Part shown: positions 50,108-62,341 of the stretch, piece after piece | Numbering within the stretch: the stretch's first letter is position 1 | Layout: the number at the start of each line of letters is the position of its first letter | Source: Trichosphaerium sp. ATCC 40318 | Taxonomy: Eukaryota; Protista; Tubulinea | Length of the DNA stretch: 64,000 bases | Direction of reading: 5' to 3' | NCBI GenBank assembly: GCA_038496445.1 | Contig: JALMLS010000186.1 | Span: 62,001-126,000 of the forward strand | Notes under the pieces: model-generated | Database searches by the model: none | The model's input: the letters and a program-made list of their open reading frames with translations, nothing else | What the model was told of the DNA's origin: nothing | Position numbers and translations under genes: made by a program

Positions 50108-51854
50108 TTACTTCTTAGCTATACCTCCCTTGCTCATTGGCATGTACTTCTTAGCCTCAAACAAACGACGTTCTACCCACTATAAAAATGTAAGAGTTAG
50201 GTATATGAATACTCTACTAATTACTCAACCACTTACCCATACGTTTCCTTGTCCACATGGTTCCAACTTTGCTTTTTCAAGTTCAGCCTTAAAAAAACCA
50301 TCAGCCTTCTTCAACACAATGAAGCAATAACAATATACTTACCTCTGCTTCTTTGACCTTGGCATTCATAGCATCAACTGCGGCATCAGCGGCGGCGCTA
50401 GCCTCTTCAGAAGCTTTTCTAGCTGCGGCAGCAGCTTCAGCTGCAGCATCGGATTCCTCACGTGCTAAAGGCGTTTAGTTTGCTTATTATCTAGCTTTAT
50501 GGTTAGTGTACCTGCTACAGCTTGTTTATGTGAAGCTTCAGCTTCTTCTCTTGCTTTTTCTGCTTTTCTTGCTGACGCTTCTTGAGTCAATTTAGCAGTA
50601 CGGAGCGGAAGAGGATCCTCTAAAAATAGAACGTAAATAAAGGAGTTTCAAACGGATTAATGAGAACTTGCGTTCTAAGTGTTGAGCTAGCTCATTCTTT
50701 GCTCTGTTTCGTGATACAACACCACCTTCTTCAGTCTTCCTCTTGAGCTCTTCAGTCTTATTATTATAAGCATCTTCTTGGGCCTAAGAAACGTGAACAT
50801 CAAAGCACATTTGTTATTTATGGCCTACCTTAAGTTCTGCGACTGCTCTTTTTTCTTCCTCTTCAGCTTTCTTAGCTGCCTCTGCATCTTGCTTGGCACT
50901 ATCTTCTTTTGCTTTAGCTTCGGCGGCTGCTTCTCTTGCAGCTTTCTCGGTCCTAGAATAAAGTGAACATTCGAAACAAAAGAAAACATGTAGAAAAGTT
51001 ACATACTTTTTAGCCTCAGCAACGGCTTGTTTCGCTACTTCAGCCTTAGCTTTTACATCCTCAAGCAAAGTAAGGACTTCTTCGAGCATCTTTTGTGCTT
51101 TCTTAACGGCCTCGCCTTCACCCTAATAAAATTATTGTTACTACAAAAAAAATCACGTGACAACGTAATACATACCTGTGGCTTGTTCACAAACTCTTTA
51201 ACGTTTTTCTTGTAACGCCACAAACAGTACCTATAATTCAGTTACTTAAAAAACGCAAAGAACAAAGAGACCATACTCAATGAGTGCTAATCTTTTGTTG
51301 AAATCAATATCTGCGTCAAGGATCTCCTAAACAAAAAGTTAGTAACGGTTTTGAAGGCTTTTTTTTTTCAAAAGCTCAGTTTCGCTTTCCTCTCTCATAG
51401 CCTTGATAGTCTTGGTCTCACCTATTCATAATGATCAATAATAGTTCGTATTAAGTGAGTAAACAAAATAGAAAAACCAAGGCCTTGTTGCGACGTACCA
51501 AGTGACTCCAAGAAGCGATGAGCACTAAAGGACTGTCAAATACAGCAAGAAACAGCGAAAAAAAAATACGTTTTGTGGCTTTTATCCCACGTGCTAACGA
51601 AACGATACGTACTTGAATTCATCCAAATCACGGCCTTCTTCAGCTTTATCTAAGTCCAACTCAACGAATTTATGAGCCCAAACCCACACGTTCTCGGCCT
51701 CGTCTTTAAGTTCAGACCAGTAGGCCTAAAAAAAGAGCGTTAACGCTTATCGTGTTGTGTCATTACTGCTATCAAATAATCTACGTACGTTTAGGAACGC
51801 TTTACCTTGGTCAGCGTAGTTTAGTGAAGTGAAATGTTTGAACTGCTCTCCCAT
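50108..51854 (-). CDS. ABP34-like (calcium-regulated actin-bundling, 'TolA-like') protein with long Ala/Glu/Lys coil
   Basis: QGKAFLNAYW, DLDEFNAHRFLE, DIDFNKRLALIEY, RAKNELAQ...DPLPLR, C-terminal EAKKYMP; resembles the architecture of Dictyostelium ABP34. Confidence 0.75.
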
Positions 51855-52161
51855 TGTATTTACTTGTACAAGAACTATCACTTATCCACCCATCAATCAC
51901 TTAAACATTTAAGGAAGATAAAGATTTTCTTATGTATTGTTGGTATAAATCGGAATGAACTTGTTAACCATTTAGTTCAATTTCATTATAATTTATGCTG
52001 TTTGGTTGTCAAGAAACTTGAGATTTTAAACACCGTGCATTCAGGACAAACAAGTCAATTCATATGTGAAATAACCAAGATCATAGGCACTTGTTTACAA
52101 AGCTGTGTACTTATGAACACGAAACGTTGTGGTCAAAAAAGGACTGACAAATAAAGCTGCT

Positions 52162-55100
52162 TTAATTGAACATTGCGCTATACTCCATAACAAGGATATC
52201 CTCTCCTTGGACTATCAATTTGCCTTTGGCCATAGCAGGCTCATCACCAAATGTAACAGTATAATCACCTCCTCTAATCCACTCATTACCTTCTGAATCC
52301 ACCAATGAAAGTGCTCTTGGTGGTACAGTAAACAACACCTAAAAGGCAGTTCATCAGTAAATATGCGCTTGTACACAAGCAAATTTTAGAAAAAAAATCA
52401 GTCGTTTGAACTGGCCCTTCTTTCACAAAAGAACGGAGAACCTTGTTTGGGAAGTGACTTTTTAAGTAAAAAAAAGGCTAACCGTTTCGCTAGTGCCTGG
52501 TTTCAGCATGTGTACACGTTGGAAGCCAAATAGTTTCTTAATAGGAGCGTCTGTATGAATACTATATACAAATCCAAGAACGCTTACATCTGAGATAACA
52601 TGTCCAGTGTTCTTAACAGTTACTTCATAACCAACATTTGGTTGAGGATTTGAAAGAGATTTATGTCCGATTGCAAGATCCTCCGTAGACACTGATATCT
52701 GCGATTGTACAATGGTGTAGTTAAACGAAGTATAAGACAAACCAAAACCAAAAGACCACAAAGGCGTTCCAGTGTAGTAGCGATACGTTATACCACCTAG
52801 AGAGTGTAATTAACTTTGTTGTTTCTGGTATGTTTGTCAAAAGAAATACCATCATTTCTGAGGTTCATGTTCTCTTTGTCTCGTTTGATGAAATCGGCAG
52901 GATAGACTGTATTTGGTAGTCTCCCTGACGGACTAACATCTCCATATAGAATAGAGGCTATTGCTTCTCCTATAAAAATAATTAAGCAATAAACTGTTGT
53001 GTATTTGCTGTAAACCAACTACTAGTTTTCCTTGGTCTTTAGTACCTCCGAATTCGCCTGGATAGAAAGCATCTACGATTCCAGGCACATTCTCCTTTGT
53101 CCATTCAATAGCAAGAGGGCCACCATGTATCAACACAACAATAGTAGGCGTCTAATAATACTGTTATTAAACAAAAAAGAAAGTTGTTCCAAAACACGTG
53201 ACAACAGGAATACATCAAGAAAGTGTACCTTAGTTACATGAACAGCTTTGATTAAGTCAGTTTGAACACCAGTCAACTCTAATATTTCCCTATCATGACT
53301 TTCTCCTTCACTTGCAGCTCCACATCCCTTTCCAGGATGCAATCCAACAAATACAACTGCGTAATCTGCTTCTTTCGCAATCTTTGTAGCTGCAGCGAAC
53401 CCTGAAGTATCGTTGGAAATCAAGTCACAACCAGCTGCATATCCTGCTATTTTTACACCTTTTCTCTTCAAAGCTAGGTAAGGAGAGTTGTTGTATACGA
53501 GTTCATTAGATCCAATATAAGTAGACAACATCTCAATCGTTACATTGAAATGAGGTCCAAGGATGGCAATAGATTTATCCTTAGAAAGTGGCAATATGTT
53601 ATCCTCATTCTTTAATAGGACTATACCCTGAAGAGCACCATCAAGGGCAAGTTGCCGATGTTCATGAGTGTCAACAACTTCAGGTCCAAGTTTTTGGTAA
53701 CTGACATTCTACAAAGGAGAAAGTGAGTACAAAAGAGGCGCTAGGGCTATAGAAGTACCTCATCCATCTCACCAAGCATAAAAAGATACTTCCATGATGA
53801 TATAAACGCATTGTCTACGTCTTTCTCTTTCAACACACCATTCTTGACTGCATCTGGTATGTATGATGAAAAGTACTGACCACAGTTCATGTCACATCCA
53901 GCGTTGATAGCAACGCGTACTTGTTGGTCTGTAGATCCGTTAAAGTTCTTTTTTATATACTCTGTAAAGGCTCCATCAGTAATAGCCAAGCAGTCAGAGA
54001 CAACAAATCCGTCAAATTGCCATTGCTTTCTTGCTACGTTATTTATGAATTCATTGTTTCCGCAACTTGGAATGCCGTTCACTGCGTTGTATGCACACAT
54101 GATTGAACCTACATGAGCAGCTTCTACAGCTGATCTGAAAGCTGGCCAGTAGAATTCTACTTGATCTTTGAGGTTTACAATAGCATTAAAGCTTTGTCGG
54201 ACTACCTTACATGCAAAATTAGAAACCACATTGTAAGAACAAGTTGATAAAAATATGGGAAAAAACTAGGAATAGCACAAAGACAGTCATTTGATTATCA
54301 AACATTGATTATGATTGTTTATAAGTTTCTAATGCTTTCAAGTGGCTTAACATTGATGAAACATTTGAATGTGTAACAAGAAGCGAAAATAAAACACATA
54401 AATATTAGATTGCGGCTATTACATACCTCACCATTGCCTTCTATGTCATAGTCTGAAAAGTGTTTTGCTGTTGAAATTGCTTTGTAGAATCTTGGATCAT
54501 CTCCCTCTTGTACACCTCTTGAGTAATGTTGTACATATTCAGATGTAAGAAAAGGATCTTCGCCAGGGACTTCTTGGCCTATATTGTATTTCACTGAGCT
54601 ACAAGAAAAAGAAAGATAAATCGACAGCACTTGCCTCGTCCCCACCGCGGATCCCTGAATAGATTGATATCTGGTGCCCAGAAAACGAGCCCTGCTATAC
54701 CTTGTTTATTCAAGCCACGAGCTTCAATGGCGATAGCAGAGCCAACAGCACTCCACAGCCTAGGTGTAATTTTAAAAAAAATGAAAGAAAAGAAGCTACA
54801 TTTACGTTCTGTTGAACGAAGCACCCATCAGTAACCCATGAACAAATGACGTTGGGCACCCTGTATTCCCATTATATTTCTCTCCGCAAATAGTATGAAC
54901 GCCATGTAGAGCTTCTTGGAACTTCAGTCGTGGCACCTGCAGCTTAAGATTAAAAGAGTTCAGAAGCAGTTTCAAATGTACAGCAAGTCTTGGAATACCA
55001 AGATTATTGTCTATCAACAAATGCGCTTTTTCTGCGAGCGTTAAACGAGATACAAGGTCGGTAACTCTTTCTTCAGCGCCAATATTAGCATTACAATATG

Positions 55101-55730
55101 GATAGCTACTCAAAGGAGGCTTGCTGCAAGAGGCATCTAAGTCCGAACCCACATCAAGACATTGGTTTGTTGGTAGATTTATAGAAAACTGCTTTGTTGT
55201 AGTGTTATAAGTCCATTGCTGTACTGCACTATCACGTGTCATTACCCTTTTTAAAACCCAATTATTACCTCCCCGGATTACAATGGCTCAGCCACACAAC
55301 AGATCCCTCACGGTCTGCAGTAGCAGTCAAACAAAGTGTCAGGTCTGACTTTGGATGTATTTGTGTGTGTTTCGCCGATAGGTCTACTACCCATTGCTGG
55401 GCTGTAGATGATTCGCATTTCCATGAGTGCGGTATAAGATGGGTAGTACAACCATCGCAATCGAGGCACCCAAGAGAGGGGTTATTGCCTTCCTGTTAGA
55501 CCGTTAGATGTTGACAAAAGCGTCGTTTATGGCAACACACCCCAACAATGAGTGTTCTGTCTTTGTAAGTCCATTTTTGATTGTTATCACCACCAGTACA
55601 GTTAAAAAGCTGTAAATTGACAGCTGGCGAACATGTAGAAGTACAAAATAAGCCAAAGAAGAATACGAGGAGTATTCCAAGCTTCTAACATGGTTTTAAG
55701 AAACAACAAAGTAATCAAAGAGTTTACCAT
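52162..55730 (-). CDS. Secreted GH3 beta-xylosidase/glucosidase with N-terminal ricin-B lectin repeats and Fn3-like C-terminus
   Basis: QKW/QQW repeats; [61 protein letters not shown]. Confidence 0.93.
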
Positions 55731-56326
55731 TTTATTAAAAAGTAGAAGGCGAGCTGTTCGTAACACGTGATAAAGCGAATTTAAGCCAAAAAGGTTAAGG
55801 CGATCGCGTGCACAAAAAACCAAAGTAGAAGACCATTTACAGCACCTTTAGTATGCAATACTTCTTTATTGTAGGCAGACGACATTTGTTCTACAATGTA
55901 CGAAAATACACTTCGGAGCGGATTCTTGTCTTAGCGGAAATCGGTTTTATTACCCACAATAAATTTAAACGCAAAATCTCGATTTGATTAGGCATTCCCT
56001 TGAATGCTGGCATACTCAGTGCGCTCCAAAATCTAACAGCTACCCAAAAGCTGATCTTAAATGGAGCCATAGACCTTTAATAAACGCCATTCATTCATTT
56101 TATAAACGTGAGCAAGTTAATGTTGATATCTATCTAAAAGATTAATTCGTTTTTTACATAACTCACGTTTGTACCAACACCAAGGTACTTACCAAAACGT
56201 ATAGCATACCTGTTAAATTTAACCTCATACAACCATTCAGGCTATTAATTAGCACTCATTTTTTATTTATGTGGATACAAATTGAGGCTATCCAACTTGA
56301 ATTTTCATCCGTCACCAAAAACAACA

Positions 56327-57379
56327 CTACAAAGAAACTACTGAGCGAAGATGCTTTGAAGCAACAAACGCTAACGACAAAGAGTCCTCTTTAGCTTCGA
56401 AAACAGCCTTGCATAGTTTCACGATAAGATCAAAACGAGAATACATAGCAATACTTTCAACATCATCACCACATGGTTCATCATGATAAATAGCTCCAAT
56501 GAGGATTTTAGCAGCTTTTGGATATCCACATAACAGAAATCCAGGTATTGCAAAGTGATGTGCGATTGGCTTAAAGTTCCCTCTGATTTGGTCCCATCCA
56601 CCATTATTGCACTGTTCGTGAACCGCTGCAGCTGCCGAGAAGCATGTGAGGAGCTTCCAACCATTTTCCTCACTTGAGTCACTGTCAAGAACAGATTGAA
56701 GCCATACCTTGAAATGTTCTAGTGTAGCTTGACTGGTTTCACCTTTTTCAATGTCGAACTTTTCAACACGTTTCATTACTTCTGATAAGGGTATTTCTGT
56801 CTTGATGTAGCTGGCGTGTGCGCTAACGTCTCTTCCTTTTGACTCTACCCATCTTCTTATGACATAATCCCAGTGATAAATAGGAATCTTATTCCACAGA
56901 GTATCAACGCTAAGGTGTTCCGGAAAAACGCGATTAACAAAGCCGTTTGAGGTTTTATGCCAAAATGAAGGGTTTAAAACATAAGAACCCAAGTGTTGCT
57001 TGAACATACATTTCTTTAAAGCTATTTGAAGATCATCAGAAGTCATATCGTCAAGTTCTTTCTTTTTTTTTGACATAATTTCATCATAAATTCCTCTAGC
57101 TTGTTTAAGCATCTTATCAGCCTTAAACTTTTCAATAATTGCCTCTAACTTCTTTATTTCTTTATCGCTCGATCCACTTTCTTTAGCTTCTCTTATTTTT
57201 CTCTCATGGCAAGGAATAATGTGTTCAATACCGACATGTAATTTATCATTATTTCTGAAAGCATAGTGATAAATTCCATCTCCGCATCTACTACAACCCG
57301 GGTTTGGATGGTTTTCAATGGACGTAGTATTAAGCAAAAGCGTTTTTAAGTCTTCATTTGACACGGTAGAGACAGACAT
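56327..57379 (-). CDS. Intronless hypothetical protein with possible C-terminal DMP19/DUF4375-like domain
   Basis: Clean 350-aa ORF; EQCNNGGWDQIRGN...GFLLCGYPKAAKILIGA; N-terminal CxxC. Confidence 0.6.
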   Translation of the reverse strand: MSVSTVSNEDLKTLLLNTTSIENHPNPGCSRCGDGIYHYAFRNNDKLHVGIEHIIPCHERKIREAKESGSSDKEIKKLEAIIEKFKADKMLKQARGIYDEIMSKKKKELDDMTSDDLQIALKKCMFKQHLGSYVLNPSFWHKTSNGFVNRVFPEHLSVDTLWNKIPIYHWDYVIRRWVESKGRDVSAHASYIKTEIPLSEVMKRVEKFDIEKGETSQATLEHFKVWLQSVLDSDSSEENGWKLLTCFSAAAAVHEQCNNGGWDQIRGNFKPIAHHFAIPGFLLCGYPKAAKILIGAIYHDEPCGDDVESIAMYSRFDLIVKLCKAVFEAKEDSLSLAFVASKHLRSVVSL

Positions 57380-57559
57380 TATAAGAACAGAGGTGTTGTT
57401 GTAAGTATACTACCAAAAAAACAAGAAAAAATATTTCTGATAAAAATACAAGAATCGTTCACTGTACGTTTCCATAGATGGTAAAACTCGACAGAAAAAT
57501 AGTCGCGTGCCCTCCTATTGCTATAAATCAGACCCCCAATCTCTGTAAATAGTACTTAA

Positions 57560-58063
57560 GGGGACACCCAAATTTTCAAGACTGTTTTTTTGAAATAACT
57601 CTGGCAACCTGTAATTTTAACCAGAGCTTTTTGGTTACATAGTGGTCATCTATTGAAAACATGGGCACAGTAAAATACCGTGTAAGAAAGTGCAAAATCC
57701 TATTATGAATTGCACACTTTCAAAAAAAGAGTACCACACGGCTGTTTTACTTGCTACGATACACCCATTTTCTACACGTTAAAAAATAAAAACGAATAAA
57801 CATGATTTTTTAGGGTTTTAAAACGGGTTTGAAAAATCACCTCAAAATCGCCCAGAGTGCACTTAACTAAATTAGAGGAGCTCTAATACTGTTGAGGCAC
57901 TATTGTAACTGTAATTAGGCCAAACAGCCTTCACTGATTAGGGTCTAAGGCCTGTTTTTGTGTTTAAATTACTGTTTACAGAAGGGTATTTTTAAAACAC
58001 GTGACTGTGAAAAGTACGCTGCCAATGGTATAAAATCAAAAATTGAAATTAGAGGATGTGCCC
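57560..58063. mobile_element. Candidate TTAA-flanked non-autonomous DNA transposon
   Basis: ttaa|ggggacacccaaattttcaa ... ttgaaattagaggatgtgccc|ttaa; imperfect TIR; no ORF inside. Confidence 0.35.
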
Positions 58064-58377
58064 TTAAAGTACTCTTATCAATAGGTTGCGTCGGTTAAGT
58101 TACTCCCCTTTAAGTGCATGTATCATGATGTCAACTAAATAAGAAAGATTGTCTTTACAGATTTTCTCTTTGCGAAATCGTTTCATTCCAACGGGTTGTA
58201 CGAGCAAGTTTTTTTAACTTTTTATTATTTTTCCATACAATAATTAATACAACAAAAGCGAAAGGAAAACCAAAGAAAGGAATGTGAAGTTTAAATAATT
58301 CTTTTTTTTTTTCCACATAATCTTCTTTTTCTTTTTCTTTCTCTTTTGACTTGGCGCCTATGTGGTTTTTTCTAAAA

Positions 58378-61200
58378 CTAGTGTTGTGGAGGTGTAGGTA
58401 AAGGTTTGGTAATTTTAGGCTTTGGTGGAGGTTCAGGTCTTGCACCACGGTTGACAGGAGGAGGACCAGCATGAGCAGCAGCTGGAGGTGCAGGAGCAGG
58501 ACGAGCAGCGGCTGGAGGCGCAGGAGCAGCTCTAGCATGTACAGCTGGAGAAGGTGCATGTGTTGTAGTATGGGATGTTGACCCACCGTAAGTACTCTTA
58601 CTTGCTGCAGGAGCAAAACAGAACTTCTTTGACTTCCATAAGAAGTAGCAAACAACACAAACAACAACAATAATAAAAACGATCAGAAAGATGACGCCTA
58701 TAGCAGCGCCTGCAGCACTACTACCTCCAGAGTTTGATGATAAATCTTCTCTAAGCAGACATCTACTTTCTGCAGCAGCTAAAGAATAAAAGGGTCAGTA
58801 AAGAGTTAAGCATGGTCGAAAAAAACTTTGATTATCTTTTCCTTGTCGGACTACTTACCAGCTTGTTCAATCTTTGTACGAAGTAACAATGATACACGAT
58901 TACTATTAGTACCGTGCTTTCCTTCTGCACCAAAAGTGATATCAATGTTGGAACAGTAGGACATAATAGTTCCTCCATCAGCGGGTTGACTCTCAGCACC
59001 ACTGAAACAAGCAGATCCTCTTGATGTCTCTCCTGATTGACATCCATCAACATGAACAGATGCAAAACCTAATTAGACTGTTATACTCCATTATACTCTT
59101 ACATATACAACTAGAATTGATGCAGCAACAAACTGTTGAATGCACTATAAAATTGAACGTGACAGATTAAAAAAAACGGGAGATATTTTCCTCTTTGAGC
59201 AAAAAAATCCATGTCGTACCATCTATGGCCATTGCTGGTGTATTATAACAATGAGTATGTGAACTACCAACTGTATGACCAAGTTCATGTGCTACAGTAA
59301 CAACAAATCCCTTAAATCTTGATGTCTTTTGCTCAGGAGTGTACATTCTATTAACAGATCCGCCTATAAAAAAAAAAGAAAAACATCAATAACTTGCCAC
59401 AATAATATTTAATTTGGTAATGCAGAAAAAAAGTATTTTTTTCTACCGTTATCAATTCACGTACTTCTCGTTCCACACAAAACATCTACATTTGCAAGAC
59501 CAGCAACAAAGCTATTTGTACCACCACCAATATTACGTGTAGTAACAAGCGCATAAGCATCAATCTCATAGTCACTGAGGAGACTACGACGTGTAGGACT
59601 AAATAAAAATTAGCTCAATATCGAAAAAAAGAAGAAAAATCCAACGCACTCATTCACACTGTAGTAAGCTACAATTTCATTCAAAAGAGCAGATGCAGCT
59701 CCATCTCCAGAAGCACCGCTCCACGGATCAGCAGCTAAAAAGAAATAAGCATTACATCCAACAAAGTCCAAATCTTTCTTTAAAACGCACATGAAGAATA
59801 TAGAAATAAGTTTTGAATCTTTACTTTAGTGTTCAAGTCTGAGAGGTACACTGATGATACTTCAGCAATACTTTCTTCAATATTAGTCCTTAACAAATCC
59901 AAGTCATCACCTATTATCAAATATTTAATGGTTTATCCCAATAATACAAAGCGAAACAAAAAAAATCAGTGTTGTGTTTGTTGACATACCATAAGCTGTG
60001 AATGTTTCAAAATCAGATTCAACAGCAAGCTAGGAGGTAAAACTTAGTAAGATAACAAATAAATCGTAATAAAAGACAATATAAGTAACACGACATGCTA
60101 ATATTGTTCAAAGTTAAAACCAAAACCACTTTCTTGTTTTGAAAAAAACATTCAGGAAATAAAGATTGCGTTCAACGTACACGCATTGTATACGTAATAC
60201 CATCATTCGTTGGTTTCAATCCAGTCTGTTCAACACCACGTTTTGACATTGAAGCAATAACACCTCCAACCTTGCCATCACGAAAATGGAAATCATGATC
60301 GTGATCATGTGTCATATTATGATCGTGTCCACTACATTTACCAACATGATCATGTTCAGGTTTTGGTTCGAGTTTCTCTAAATGTACTGTTTCTTCATTA
60401 ACATGTACGTCATAATGACCTTCGCCATGCTAAAATAAAGCGATTAGTACATACATGAAAAAAGTTGATAATTCTTTCTTAGTTTTTCGCTGTAATTGTT
60501 GCAATAATCACTTTTTTCAATTTGCCACACGTGTATACTGCGTTTTAGTACTATCAAAAAAACGAGTTTTAAATGCAATCTTTAAAAACGATACAATCAT
60601 AAAAAATAGCCAAAACGCCACTAAACTGCATCCTTTTTATGTGCACAGAGTCAATTTCAGCAAAAAAAAAAGATCCAAAGTCCACCAAAACTGCAAAAAC
60701 AACGAAAAACGAAAAACGTTTCTTTCTCGTTTTGACGCATTTTCATCTCAATGTACGTTGATTAAAAGTCCGTGATAATTATTGTGTTTTTCGAAAAAAC
60801 CTTTTGTACCTTTCCAAACGCCCACGCTGACACTTCGCCTTTGTGATCGAAATGAAACCTCACGTGAACATCACCAAGCTTTGCGCTAAAGTGGTGGGAC
60901 TCTAAAACAACGATTGTGAGACTTTTTGACAATATCCGAAAGTTGCGGGGTTATCCCGTTATTTAAGTTTTGTTAGACATCTACCGTACGATTCTGTGCG
61001 TGAAGAAGGATTTTTCACGAATAGTAGAATGCGAGACGGGGATTTTTGGGTTGAAAAATTGAAAGTACCTGGAATCTCCATTTGATGCTTGTTGTTAATG
61101 AATATCTTTGCTCCATTTGCTTTGGGTTATGTTTAGACCATATTTGTGTTTCAGTTTATCAATACGCACCATACGGGCTTTCTCTCTTTTTCATATGTAA
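58378..61200 (-). CDS. Reprolysin-like (M12B) zinc metalloprotease, copy 1, with TM and Pro-rich tail; 5' end uncertain
   Basis: LAVESDFE; AHELGHTVGSSHTHCY; Met-turn GGTIMSYC; His-rich prodomain; hydrophobic segment followed by a PAP-rich tail. Confidence 0.85.
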
Positions 61201-62341
61201 TACAGTGCTCTCTCCATTCCTTTTTGATTTGGTTAGAAGCTTTTTTAGTAAACTTCGTGATTTAAACGTTTAATGTCAATGGTTGATGATATACACGCAC
61301 TCTTGTTGTGGTAGATGCACTTTAAATGCTTCTGACTCTCGTATTTCTCTGTGGTTAGCGTGAAAGTGCGCCCAAGGTATAGAGGCTGTATAAAGGCACT
61401 TAGGACGGTTTGATAATAAAATATTGCGTACTAGCGCTAATTGTTACGGCACAACCAAACAGAAGGCCCAACAGAAGCAGTGCGTTGTAGTGCATTGCTT
61501 ATATCGCGTTTATCAACCTTTTTTTAAAATGGGTCATGTGAAATGACGTGACTGTTGTCTTGCTCGAATTTCCCCGTGGTGAAGCTGAGTGAATGTTTTC
61601 ATTGGCTATTGCAATATAGCACGATTAATAACGGTATGGAGTGCATAGCTACGAAAACAGCCCGTGGTGGCTTCCTCCGTACAAATAGGTTATGTTGACC
61701 GCATCTGCGCCGAAGCAGTATGTTGATACAAAGCGGCTCATAGCGGCGATCAGAATATTAACAAGCAGACAAACGGAGAGTTAAGCTAAATAGGATTCAA
61801 GCTCCACTTGCGAGCTGTACAGTCGATCAAAAACGTCCTATTATCAAAGTCTCAGTTTGGCTTGCTGTAATGTAGCCCAACAGTTGTTTCTACGCTCATA
61901 ACAACAGTCAACACCCACCAAATACCAAACGATGGTTTCTGTACGTTATCAAGTGCTACCTCACCAATTGCCAAACATAGAAAACAACTCTGACACTCAA
62001 ATTAAAGCGTGTTAGATGTTTACAAAAATGGCGAAACAGAGGTCACACGGTAGCTCTGTAGACTGCTACACTTAAAAAACAACGTGCTGTAGGCATCTAA
62101 GCCCAACAAAGCAACGTGTAGTGTCAATTTATACGAAAAAAAAAGTAGAAGCTGTGAAAAAAGTGCAAGTTTTCATGCATTTCATCAAATCGCTCTCACG
62201 TTAAGATTAGTTATAAGACAATAATTACTAATCTGTATGCGACCCTAGTTGTTTTAGATCCTTATCAACATTACTAGCTCACGTTGGCATAATGAATGAA
62301 TGGTGTTTATTTAATTAAGTCTACGGCTACATTTAAGACTA

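Noticed and set aside
58155-58670. 171-aa Leu-rich ORF
   Set aside because: Alternative frame of the Pro/Ala-rich metalloprotease tail.
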